54,708 bases of DNA from Alphaproteobacteria bacterium (GTDB lineage Bacteria; Pseudomonadota; Alphaproteobacteria; CAAHEQ01; UBA3637): assembly GCA_017958225.1 (NCBI GenBank), contig JAGDDD010000004.1, positions 1 to 54,708 on the forward strand, written 5' to 3'. Position 1 is the first letter of the stretch; the number at the start of each line of letters is the position of its first letter. A program made the position numbers and the translations under genes. The notes under the pieces are model-generated. The model searched no databases. It saw only the letters and a program-made list of their open reading frames with translations, and was not told the origin of the DNA. Positions 18,700-26,676 of this stretch are shown in pieces.

Positions 18700-19575
18700 T
18701 TATTTTTTGGCGTTCGCTTTTTCAATGTAGGCGTTCATTTGTTCATCGCCAAACGCGCCTTGTTGCACTTCGCCATCAATAATGAACATCGGCACACCTC
18801 TCAAGTTCAAGCGTGTGATATATTCACGATTCTTGGCAATCTTGTCTTTGGCAGCCTTTGAATTGGCATCTTTTTTCAATTTTTCGACATTTAAGCCGAG
18901 TTTCTTACCGATACCTTCCAAAGCGGCCTCATCCGGTTGAGCCACAGCGCCCAATTCCGCATGGAACTCAGCAAATTTGCCTTGTTTTGCAGCCGCATGC
19001 GCATAACGCGCGATTCTTTCGGACTTTTCACCGAAAATCGGAGCGTCAATCAAAATCCAACGGATATTGTCGGATCTCTTGATGGCATCCGCCATGGCTT
19101 TGTTCATATGTTTGCAGTAACCGCAGTTGTAATCAAAGAATTCAATCATCACGAAAGAACCTTTGGGGTTGCCCAAAACATGGTTTGTTTTGTCTTTGGT
19201 GATCGCGGCAACGATATCTTTGACATCATTGGCTTTCGGCGCATTGGCCGCTTCTTCAGCCGCTTGTTGTTTTTCAAGTTTTTCAACGTAAGCGTTCACG
19301 CTTTCCAAAATCACTTGCGGATTCTTTTTCACGAACTCTTCCGGATCGGCTTTGCGAACTTGCACCAAAGCAACGATGGACAAGACCAAAGCAACAGCGG
19401 CAATCGCGCCGACCACAGCGGTGCAGCGGCAACCTTTGCCACATTTGCAATCAGGACCGCACTTGCACTCTTTTCCGCAAGCGCAGGCTTCTTTTTTAGG
19501 GGTAGATACCGCAGCTGCCTTTACCACAGGTTTCTTGGCAACTTTGGTTGTTTTCTTTTTGGTTTTCTTTGTCAT
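18700..19575 (-). CDS. DsbA-family thiol:disulfide oxidoreductase with Lys-rich and Cys-repeat N-terminal extension
   Basis: TM helix, then a thioredoxin fold with FFDYNCGYCK. The N-terminus reads MTKKTKKKTTKVAKKP...CACGKECKCGPDCKCGKGCRC. Confidence 0.7.
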   Translation of the reverse strand: MTKKTKKKTTKVAKKPVVKAAAVSTPKKEACACGKECKCGPDCKCGKGCRCTAVVGAIAAVALVLSIVALVQVRKADPEEFVKKNPQVILESVNAYVEKLEKQQAAEEAANAPKANDVKDIVAAITKDKTNHVLGNPKGSFVMIEFFDYNCGYCKHMNKAMADAIKRSDNIRWILIDAPIFGEKSERIARYAHAAAKQGKFAEFHAELGAVAQPDEAALEGIGKKLGLNVEKLKKDANSKAAKDKIAKNREYITRLNLRGVPMFIIDGEVQQGAFGDEQMNAYIEKANAKK

Positions 19576-19770
19576 AAGTTTAATCTCCTTATAGGTAAAT
19601 TGCTAAACATCCGTCATTATAAAAAGCCCCTTTTGAAAAATCAAGCCCTTTTTTAAAAAAGAAATAAGACACAAATGTGACATTTTTACATAAAAGTGTA
19701 AAACAATTGTTTTTGGCACTTATCCGCTTTATAAATAAGCCCATCGTATATGAAACAAAAGGTTTATTGT

Positions 19771-21021
19771 ATGAAAAAGATAGTTTATACGGCTTTATTT
19801 TTACTTTCTTCTGCTGTGCCCGTGTTAGCCAGCGGCTTTAGAATGCACGAGTTCAGTGCCACAAACACAGGGCGTGCTTTAGCGGGCTCCGGCGTGGCCG
19901 GCGACGATTACTCGGCCATCGGCTTTAACCCGGCCGGTATGGTATTAAAAGGTACCGGCGGACAAGTCAGCGGCTCTTTGGTAACGATTCGTGCCAATGT
20001 GCGTGGTTCGGTTACCAACGGCGGATTACATACTGGGAAAGAAGGCAACATCCGCTTATATAGTTTTCTGCCCTCTGTCTTTTCACAATATGCCCTCAAT
20101 CCGGATTGGACCATCGGCTTGGGTATTTATACCCCGTTTGGCCTGTCCACAACATATAACAATGATTGGTTCGGACATACACATGCTTTAACTTCTAAAT
20201 TGGAAACCATCGACTTTGCGCCGTCTGTGGCTTACAAAGTCAACAAGCAATTCAGCGTCGGCGGCTCTGTTTTGTTTGAAAGATTAGATGTACGTTTGTC
20301 TAATGATTTACCCTCAAGCATCGGGCCCTTCCCCTTGGGCGGACAAGCCGAAATCCACGAGCCGAGAAACTGGGAACCCGGTTATGTGGTGGGTATGATG
20401 TATCAGCCCTTGGACAGCACGCGTTTTGGCTTGTCCTATCGGTCTAAAATTGTCCATCACTTAAAAGGCACAACCAAGATTTCTGATTCGGCCGGCCTGA
20501 TGGGTGTGTATTATGTCAATGGCAAATATGTCACACATGCGAAGTTGACCCTGCCGGAAAGCGTTCTGTTTTCTATTCATCATCGAATCAATGAGAAGTT
20601 TGATGTGTCCGCTACCGTTGAGCGCGTGATGTGGAGCCGCTTTAAATCTTTGGACATTTACAGTGCGACCTTCCCGGGCGGCGTGTCCGTTACACCGGAA
20701 AAGTGGCGTGATGTCTGGTTTGTCAGCCTTGGCGGCGATTACCATTACAATGAAGATTTGACCTTCCGTATCGGTGCGGCTTATGACGAATCTCCGATTA
20801 AAGGGCCGAAATACAGAACAGCGCGTATTCCCGATAACGACCGTTATTGGTTATCGGCGGGCGCCAGTTATCGTTGGAACAACATGACGTTTGACTTGGC
20901 CTATACGCATATGTTCTTAAAGAAAGCCCCGACGAACAACTATGCTTCGGCATCAATGTTGGATGCGTCTTATCATATGCAGGTCAATATCTTTGCGCTG
21001 CAAGTCCAATATGACTTCTAA
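19771..21021 (+). CDS. FadL/OmpP1/TodX-family outer-membrane hydrophobic-compound transporter
   Basis: Signal peptide MKKIVYTALFLLSSAVPVLA. SGFRMHEFSATNTGRALAG N-terminal hatch motif and terminal YDF. Confidence 0.75.
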   Translation: MKKIVYTALFLLSSAVPVLASGFRMHEFSATNTGRALAGSGVAGDDYSAIGFNPAGMVLKGTGGQVSGSLVTIRANVRGSVTNGGLHTGKEGNIRLYSFLPSVFSQYALNPDWTIGLGIYTPFGLSTTYNNDWFGHTHALTSKLETIDFAPSVAYKVNKQFSVGGSVLFERLDVRLSNDLPSSIGPFPLGGQAEIHEPRNWEPGYVVGMMYQPLDSTRFGLSYRSKIVHHLKGTTKISDSAGLMGVYYVNGKYVTHAKLTLPESVLFSIHHRINEKFDVSATVERVMWSRFKSLDIYSATFPGGVSVTPEKWRDVWFVSLGGDYHYNEDLTFRIGAAYDESPIKGPKYRTARIPDNDRYWLSAGASYRWNNMTFDLAYTHMFLKKAPTNNYASASMLDASYHMQVNIFALQVQYDF

Positions 21022-21091
21022 TTGAAATAACACTAGATTTTTTCTCAACCGTTTGCTATACTCTTAATACACATTTATGAGGAGTATTGTG

Positions 21092-21688
21092 ATGACGAAC
21101 CCGATTAAATATATTCGCCAAGCGTTAAAACGCCGCAGCAAGCACAAAAAGTTTGTCCGCTTTCATATGGGCGATTATACTTATTTTGGGTCGCGCGTGC
21201 GCATTGCCAGCAAAGAAACACGCATTGGCAAGTTTTGTTCAATTGCCAACGATGTGAAAATCGGCATAACGCAGCACCCGACCGGTTGGCTTTCCACCAG
21301 CACCTTTCAATACTATGAAGACCAGGAATTGTTCTCGCCGTTGCCCGCATTTCAAAGACGTCATTTTGATGGTATGAATAAGCCTTGCGTTATCGGCAAC
21401 GATGTGTGGATTGGCACCAATGTCATTATTATGGACGGTGTGACTGTCGGAGATGGCGCGATTATTGCGGCCGGCGCGGTGGTCACCAAAGATGTGCCGC
21501 CTTATGCGATTGTGGGCGGTGTGCCGGCGAAACTTATTCGCTATCGCTTTGATAACAAGACCATAGAACGCCTGCTCAAAGTGCAGTGGTGGAATCGGGA
21601 TATCCATGAAATCGTGCAACTGCCCTTTGAAGATATTGAAGCATGCCTGGAAAAACTGGAACAAAGCGTGCCCGCAGAAAATAACTAA
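21092..21688 (+). CDS. xenobiotic (Vat/CatB-like) hexapeptide-repeat acetyltransferase
   Basis: [53 protein letters not shown]...WW. Confidence 0.75.
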   Translation: MTNPIKYIRQALKRRSKHKKFVRFHMGDYTYFGSRVRIASKETRIGKFCSIANDVKIGITQHPTGWLSTSTFQYYEDQELFSPLPAFQRRHFDGMNKPCVIGNDVWIGTNVIIMDGVTVGDGAIIAAGAVVTKDVPPYAIVGGVPAKLIRYRFDNKTIERLLKVQWWNRDIHEIVQLPFEDIEACLEKLEQSVPAENN

Positions 21689-21809
21689 CTTACTGAAAAA
21701 TATATGTTTTCACAAGAAATATGACACTTTTGTGACAAAAAGACTTGCATTTTCGTTTTACTCGTCATAGGATAAGATGTTTTTTCAATAACAAAAAAGG
21801 AAAGAATAC

Positions 21810-23042
21810 ATGAAAAGATACAAAAAATTAGTGGCCGCAGTGTTGGCTTTTTGCTCTGCTACGACAGTTGCCCACGCCGCCAGTTATCAACTCAATGACT
21901 ATTCAGTCACGGGATTGGGTCGTTCCTACGCCGGTTTAGGTGTGGTCGGGGACGATTATTCAGCCATTGCGTATAACCCCGCCGGTATGACTTTGAAACA
22001 AAGATCCGGCGTGCAACAAGTCTTTAACATGATTGGCGTGAAATCGGAAGCCTATGAGTTGGCGACCGGCGAAAAAGCCACCATGAAGTTCTGGCAACCT
22101 GTGCCGGCCGGCTTTGCTCAATACAACGTCAATGATCGTTTGATGATTGGTGCCGGTATTTATGCGCCCTATGGCTTGAAAACAAAATACAAGGCCAATT
22201 GGTTCGGTAATGAAAGCGCTATCTTGTCCAAATTGGACATTGTCGATTTCAATGTGTCGGCCGCCTATAAACTGAACGATCACTTGTCCATCGGTGCCAG
22301 CGCGATTTTGCGTTATATCTATGGTCGTATGACACAAAAATACACCGTGGCGGCGCCTCTTCCGCAAGCGGATATCAGCTTTAACGTTCATGGTTGGAGC
22401 CAAACAGGCACCTTGGGCTTGATGTATGAATTCACAAAAGATACCCGCGTCGGCGTGTCGTATCGTTTGCGCTCGGCTCAACGCGCCAATGGCACCTTCA
22501 AGATGTCACACCCGATGATCCCTGCAGCTAATGCCAGCGCGGATGTGCATGCCAATCCGGATTTACCGGAAACCGTGACTTTCTCGGCCTATCATCGTAT
22601 TCAAAAGTTTGGTTTATCGGGAACAGCGCGTTGGACACACTGGACGTCTTCCTTCCCTGATTTCAGCATCCGCAGCGATCTGATCCCTGGTGGCGAGAAA
22701 AAGTCCTATTACGATTATCAAAACACATGGACCTTGGCGGCCGGTTTAGATTATTATTATGATGAAAACTGGACGTTCCGTTGTGGTGTCGCCTTTGACG
22801 AAAGCCCGACGCACAAGCCGGATCGCCGCACATATCGTATTCCCGACAGCGATCGTCGGTGGATGAGCGTGGGTGCGACCTATGCTGTGGAAAATTGGCA
22901 GTTTGATGCGGCCTATGCGCTCTTGTTGGCCAAGACGTCTTTAGCGACGCCGGATGCCACCGTCCCGGGCGGTGCGCCGACAGCCAAATATAAAGATACG
23001 CATTCCAGCATTTTAGGCGTGCAAGTCCAATATATGTTCTAA
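21810..23042 (+). CDS. FadL/OmpP1/TodX-family outer-membrane transporter (paralogue)
   Basis: Signal peptide, then SYQLNDYSVTGLGRSYAG hatch motif and terminal YMF. Confidence 0.75.
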   Translation: MKRYKKLVAAVLAFCSATTVAHAASYQLNDYSVTGLGRSYAGLGVVGDDYSAIAYNPAGMTLKQRSGVQQVFNMIGVKSEAYELATGEKATMKFWQPVPAGFAQYNVNDRLMIGAGIYAPYGLKTKYKANWFGNESAILSKLDIVDFNVSAAYKLNDHLSIGASAILRYIYGRMTQKYTVAAPLPQADISFNVHGWSQTGTLGLMYEFTKDTRVGVSYRLRSAQRANGTFKMSHPMIPAANASADVHANPDLPETVTFSAYHRIQKFGLSGTARWTHWTSSFPDFSIRSDLIPGGEKKSYYDYQNTWTLAAGLDYYYDENWTFRCGVAFDESPTHKPDRRTYRIPDSDRRWMSVGATYAVENWQFDAAYALLLAKTSLATPDATVPGGAPTAKYKDTHSSILGVQVQYMF

Positions 23043-23064
23043 AGCTATCCAACAGGCTTAAACA

Positions 23065-23091
23065 ACCCGCAGGTTAAACACTGCGGGTTTT
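23065..23091 (+). terminator. rho-independent terminator
   Basis: ACCCGCAG...CTGCGGGT-TTTT. Confidence 0.55.
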
Positions 23092-23196
23092 GGGCGTTGC
23101 GCAAAAAAAAATAATCGGTAGGTATGTCAGGCGACTTGATTTTCCCTTGCAAGCGCCCTTCCTTTATGTGTGTTATCAACAAATAAGGAGAGACTT

Positions 23197-23388
23197 ATGA
23201 AACATCTTTGCTTTTGGCTGACGGTGATCGGCGGCTTTAACTGGGGCTTGGTCGGCTTGTTCAATTGGAACGTAGTTGAGGCCTTATCTTTCGGTATCGG
23301 CTGGCTACCGACGATTGTGTATATCATCATCGGCTTGTCCGCGATATGCTGCGCCATTGACGCCATCAACAACCGTATGAACGCATAA
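23197..23388 (+). CDS. DUF378-family small membrane protein
   Basis: IGGFNWGLVGLF motif. ATG at 23197 with an aaggag RBS. Confidence 0.65.
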   Translation: MKHLCFWLTVIGGFNWGLVGLFNWNVVEALSFGIGWLPTIVYIIIGLSAICCAIDAINNRMNA

Positions 23389-23423
23389 AAAAATCCCCTC
23401 TTGTACGAGGGGATTTTCTTTTT
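23387..23423. terminator. bidirectional terminator
   Basis: A-tract, then ATCCCCTC...GAGGGGAT, then a T-rich tract. Confidence 0.6.
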
Positions 23424-23835
23424 AAGCTTTCTTTGCTTTCTTCGCCTTTTTGGCTTTGCGTTTTGCCTTTTTCGCCGGCTTTTTGGCGGGCTTTTCTGTC
23501 TTTTCCGCCTTCACGGCCACCGCCGGAACAGATTTTTTGGCTTCTGTCGGGCAAACGGACACGATTTCGCACAAAGTTCTAAACACGATAAAGGACAACA
23601 ACACGCTAACCAAACCGAACAGCAAGGCCGGAATGTTGGGGAACTCAAATAAAGCGATTAAGGCGAACACGCCCAAGACAATCAAACCAATCGGGTAAAT
23701 GATTTCGATTTTTTGTTTAATCAAAGGCACGACCCAAGAAGACAACAATTGTTGCTTCAAATCGCGATATTGTTTAACATATGCCCACGTCTTTGTCGCG
23801 GTTGCTTTTGCTTTTTCTGTAAATGTCTTTTCCAT
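23422..23835 (-). CDS. small membrane protein with C-terminal Lys/Ala/Pro tail
   Basis: Two TM helices followed by ...AVKAEKTEKPAKKPAKKAKRKAKKAKKAKKA. Confidence 0.55.
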   Translation of the reverse strand: MEKTFTEKAKATATKTWAYVKQYRDLKQQLLSSWVVPLIKQKIEIIYPIGLIVLGVFALIALFEFPNIPALLFGLVSVLLSFIVFRTLCEIVSVCPTEAKKSVPAVAVKAEKTEKPAKKPAKKAKRKAKKAKKAKKA

Positions 23836-23850
23836 AGTTTTCTCCTTTTG

Positions 23851-25323
23851 TTAAGACTTCTTTCTCATTGTTGGGAAGGCAATAACATCACGGATAGATG
23901 TTGTTTGTGCCAAAATCATCACCAATCTGTCAATGCCCATACCTAAACCGCCCGTCGGAGGCATACCGTATTCCAAAGCGGTGACGAAATCGTCATCCAT
24001 CATTTGGGCTTCGGCGTCTCCACCCGAACGCAAGCGCACTTGCGCTTCTAATCTTTCCTTTTGATCCAACGGATTGGTCAATTCCGAGTAAGCATTACCC
24101 ACTTCCCACCCGTTGATAAAGGGCTCAAAACGTTCCACCAACCGCGCGTTAGATCTATGCGTTTTGGTCAGCGGAGAAATATCTTGCGGATGATCGATCA
24201 CAAAAATCGGCTGTATCAGATTCTGTTCGCATTTTTCTTCAAACACCGTTTCGACCACTTTGCCCCAAGACGCGTTCTTTTCCACATGCACGCCCAATTT
24301 TTCCGCCTCTTGCGCTGCAGATTCGCCATCTTTAAACTGCAAGAAATCGACGCCGGTCGCTTCCTGGACCAAAGTCAGCATCGGCTTGCGGGGCCAATGT
24401 CCGCCCAGCTCAATCACGTTGTCGCCTAACTTCACCGTTGTTGTGCCCAACAGCTCTTTAGCGACCGTTTGAACTAAGTTTTCGAACAAATCCATCATAT
24501 CGTTATAATCTTTATAGACCCAATACAACTCCATCATCGTGAATTCGGGGTTGTGGCTGGTGTCCATACCTTCATTTCTGAAATTACGCCCTATTTCATA
24601 GATAGCGGGCAGACCACCGATAATCAAGCGCTTCAAATATAATTCCGGCGCAATACGCAAATACAAATCCATATCTAACGTATTGTGGTGCGTGATAAAC
24701 GGCTTGGCTGTCGCACCACCCATAATCGGGTGCAACATCGGTGTTTCCACCTCTAAAAAGCCCTTCGCATCCAAGTAACGACGAATAGTTGAAATAATGC
24801 GGCTGCGCAAAACCAATGTTTGTGTCGTCTCTTGATTGACAATCATATCCAAATAACGCTGACGATATTTGGTATCGGTATCTTGCAGGCCGTGGAACTT
24901 ATCGGGGAACGGTTGTAAAGACTTTGACAGCACGGTCAAATGCGTTGTAGCAACCGACAACTCGCCGCGTTTTGTGCGACGCACCGTGCCTTCCACACCG
25001 ATAATATCGCCTAAATCCAACAGGGCTAAAATCTCTTTTTCACTGTCGGGCAGATTTTCCAAAGAAGAAAAGATTTGCACTTTGCCGGTGGCGTCATAGA
25101 TATCCATAAACATACCTGAATTGCGAATAGCCCGCACACGACCGGCCACGCGCACGCTGTCTTCCGTCATGGTATCGTTCGGCAAATCTTTGTATTGCTC
25201 ATTGAGCGCCTGCGACGTAAATGTCGGGCGATAAACATGCGGATAGGCGTTGATGCCTTTTTCTTCCAAAGCGGCTAATTTTTCCAAGCGCGCTTTCTTT
25301 TGATCGAGTATTTCATCTGTCAT
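23851..25323 (-). CDS. lysS: lysine--tRNA ligase, class II
   Basis: 490 aa with an OB-fold N-terminus and class II motifs (...FRNEG..., ...GGLGMGIDRL...). Confidence 0.95.
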   Translation of the reverse strand: MTDEILDQKKARLEKLAALEEKGINAYPHVYRPTFTSQALNEQYKDLPNDTMTEDSVRVAGRVRAIRNSGMFMDIYDATGKVQIFSSLENLPDSEKEILALLDLGDIIGVEGTVRRTKRGELSVATTHLTVLSKSLQPFPDKFHGLQDTDTKYRQRYLDMIVNQETTQTLVLRSRIISTIRRYLDAKGFLEVETPMLHPIMGGATAKPFITHHNTLDMDLYLRIAPELYLKRLIIGGLPAIYEIGRNFRNEGMDTSHNPEFTMMELYWVYKDYNDMMDLFENLVQTVAKELLGTTTVKLGDNVIELGGHWPRKPMLTLVQEATGVDFLQFKDGESAAQEAEKLGVHVEKNASWGKVVETVFEEKCEQNLIQPIFVIDHPQDISPLTKTHRSNARLVERFEPFINGWEVGNAYSELTNPLDQKERLEAQVRLRSGGDAEAQMMDDDFVTALEYGMPPTGGLGMGIDRLVMILAQTTSIRDVIAFPTMRKKS

Positions 25324-25433
25324 CGTCTGTTGTCCTTTTTTGTATGGGCGATTTTACCCGTTTTTTGCGTATAGGTCAATAAAAAAGATTGAAAAAAGTT
25401 GCATAAAAGTCCAAAAAAGGCTAGCGTAAAAGC

Positions 25434-26420
25434 ATGACGAATACACATTGTCCTTTCTTTGGTCGTTGTGGCGGATGTGTTTATACGCAAAGCGCCGATT
25501 ACCTGCCTATGAAGAAAAAGTGGGTAGAAGAAGCCTTGGCGCATAAAGCCCTGTCCGCGCCCATAGAGGATGTCAAGCCGACGCCTTTACATGTGCGGCG
25601 CCGTGTCACTTTTGCGTTTCGCAAAAATCTGTTCGGCTTTCATGCGTTAAAGACGCACACGATTGTATCTGTAACCGATTGTCCGGTGTTATTGCCGCCA
25701 TTGGCCGAATTGATTGAGCCTTTGCGCGCCCTGCTTACGCCTTTTCATGCGACGGGCAGCGTCTTTGCGACCTGGACAGACGCCGGCGCAGATATTGCCA
25801 TTGACGCCGATATGACGCCTCATTTAGAACAAATCGAAGCGCTGACCACGTTTTGCCAACAACACAACATAGCGCGCCTGACCTTTAACGATATGCCGAT
25901 GTATCAGGCCGTCAATTTGCCCTTTGCGCCCAAAAGTTTTATGCAACCTTCACAGGAAGGCGAGCGTTTATTGACACAGCAAGTGACCGCATGGGCCAAA
26001 GGCTCTCATTATGCGGCCGACCTGTTCTGCGGATTAGGCACCTTTACACGCCCCCTGCAAGACATGGGCTTGCAAGTGGAAGCCTTTGATTCTAATGCGC
26101 CGGCCATTGCGGCTTTAAGTCAGCAAGCGACCGCCTATGTGCGCGACCTGTTTCGCGACCCGTTATCCACCGATGAGCTGAGCAAATATGATCTGGTTGT
26201 GTTGGATCCGGCACGCGCCGGCGCTATGGCACAATGTCAAACGCTGGCGCCCAGTCGCGTGGCTAAAGTCATTATGATTTCTTGTCATTTAGGCTCTTTT
26301 GCCCGCGATGCGCGCATCCTTGTCAATGGTGGCTATCGATTGGAAAAAGTGGCGCCTGTCGACCAATTTATTTACTCGCGTCATTTGGAAGTTGTCGCGT
26401 TATTTGCAAAAACCTCTTGA
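25434..26420 (+). CDS. TrmA/RumA-family RNA (uracil-C5)-methyltransferase, lacking a TRAM domain
   Basis: CPFFGRCGGC plus a later CPVL (Fe-S cysteines). DLFCGLGTF, DPARAG, ISCHLGSFARD. Confidence 0.7.
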   Translation: MTNTHCPFFGRCGGCVYTQSADYLPMKKKWVEEALAHKALSAPIEDVKPTPLHVRRRVTFAFRKNLFGFHALKTHTIVSVTDCPVLLPPLAELIEPLRALLTPFHATGSVFATWTDAGADIAIDADMTPHLEQIEALTTFCQQHNIARLTFNDMPMYQAVNLPFAPKSFMQPSQEGERLLTQQVTAWAKGSHYAADLFCGLGTFTRPLQDMGLQVEAFDSNAPAIAALSQQATAYVRDLFRDPLSTDELSKYDLVVLDPARAGAMAQCQTLAPSRVAKVIMISCHLGSFARDARILVNGGYRLEKVAPVDQFIYSRHLEVVALFAKTS

Positions 26421-26445
26421 CAAGTGCGTTAAAATCTTGTAAAGT
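26417..26445 (+). promoter_or_regulatory. candidate promoter TTGACA-N17-TAAAGT for rpmJ
   Basis: Overlaps the methyltransferase stop codon. Confidence 0.35.
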
Positions 26446-26477
26446 TCCCTTCACAAAAGATATGAAAGGTCAGAACA

Positions 26478-26606
26478 ATGAAACATATTAATTCTTTGCG
26501 CGCCTGGTTCAAGCGGGATACAAAAAACAACCAGATTATTAAACGGCACGGAAAAACTTTAATTATCAACAAGAAAAATCCGCGCTTAAAAGCCACACAA
26601 GGCTAA
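26478..26606 (+). CDS. rpmJ: 50S ribosomal protein L36 (Cys-less type)
   Basis: Not in the ORF track (42 aa). MKHINSLRAWFKRDTKNNQIIKRHGKTLIINKKNPRLKATQG resembles YkgO/alphaproteobacterial L36 (MK..NSL......IV.R.G...VI.K.NPR.KA.QG, recalled). Confidence 0.8.
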   Translation: MKHINSLRAWFKRDTKNNQIIKRHGKTLIINKKNPRLKATQG

Positions 26607-26638
26607 TTCTGCAACGCAGATTCTATTCCTATTTTTTA

Positions 26639-26676
26639 AACATCTGCCAACCGTTTGTGTTGGCAGTGTTTATTTT
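26639..26676. terminator. hairpin terminator between rpmJ and mutS
   Basis: CTGCCAA...TTGGCAG followed by a T-rich tract. Confidence 0.5.
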
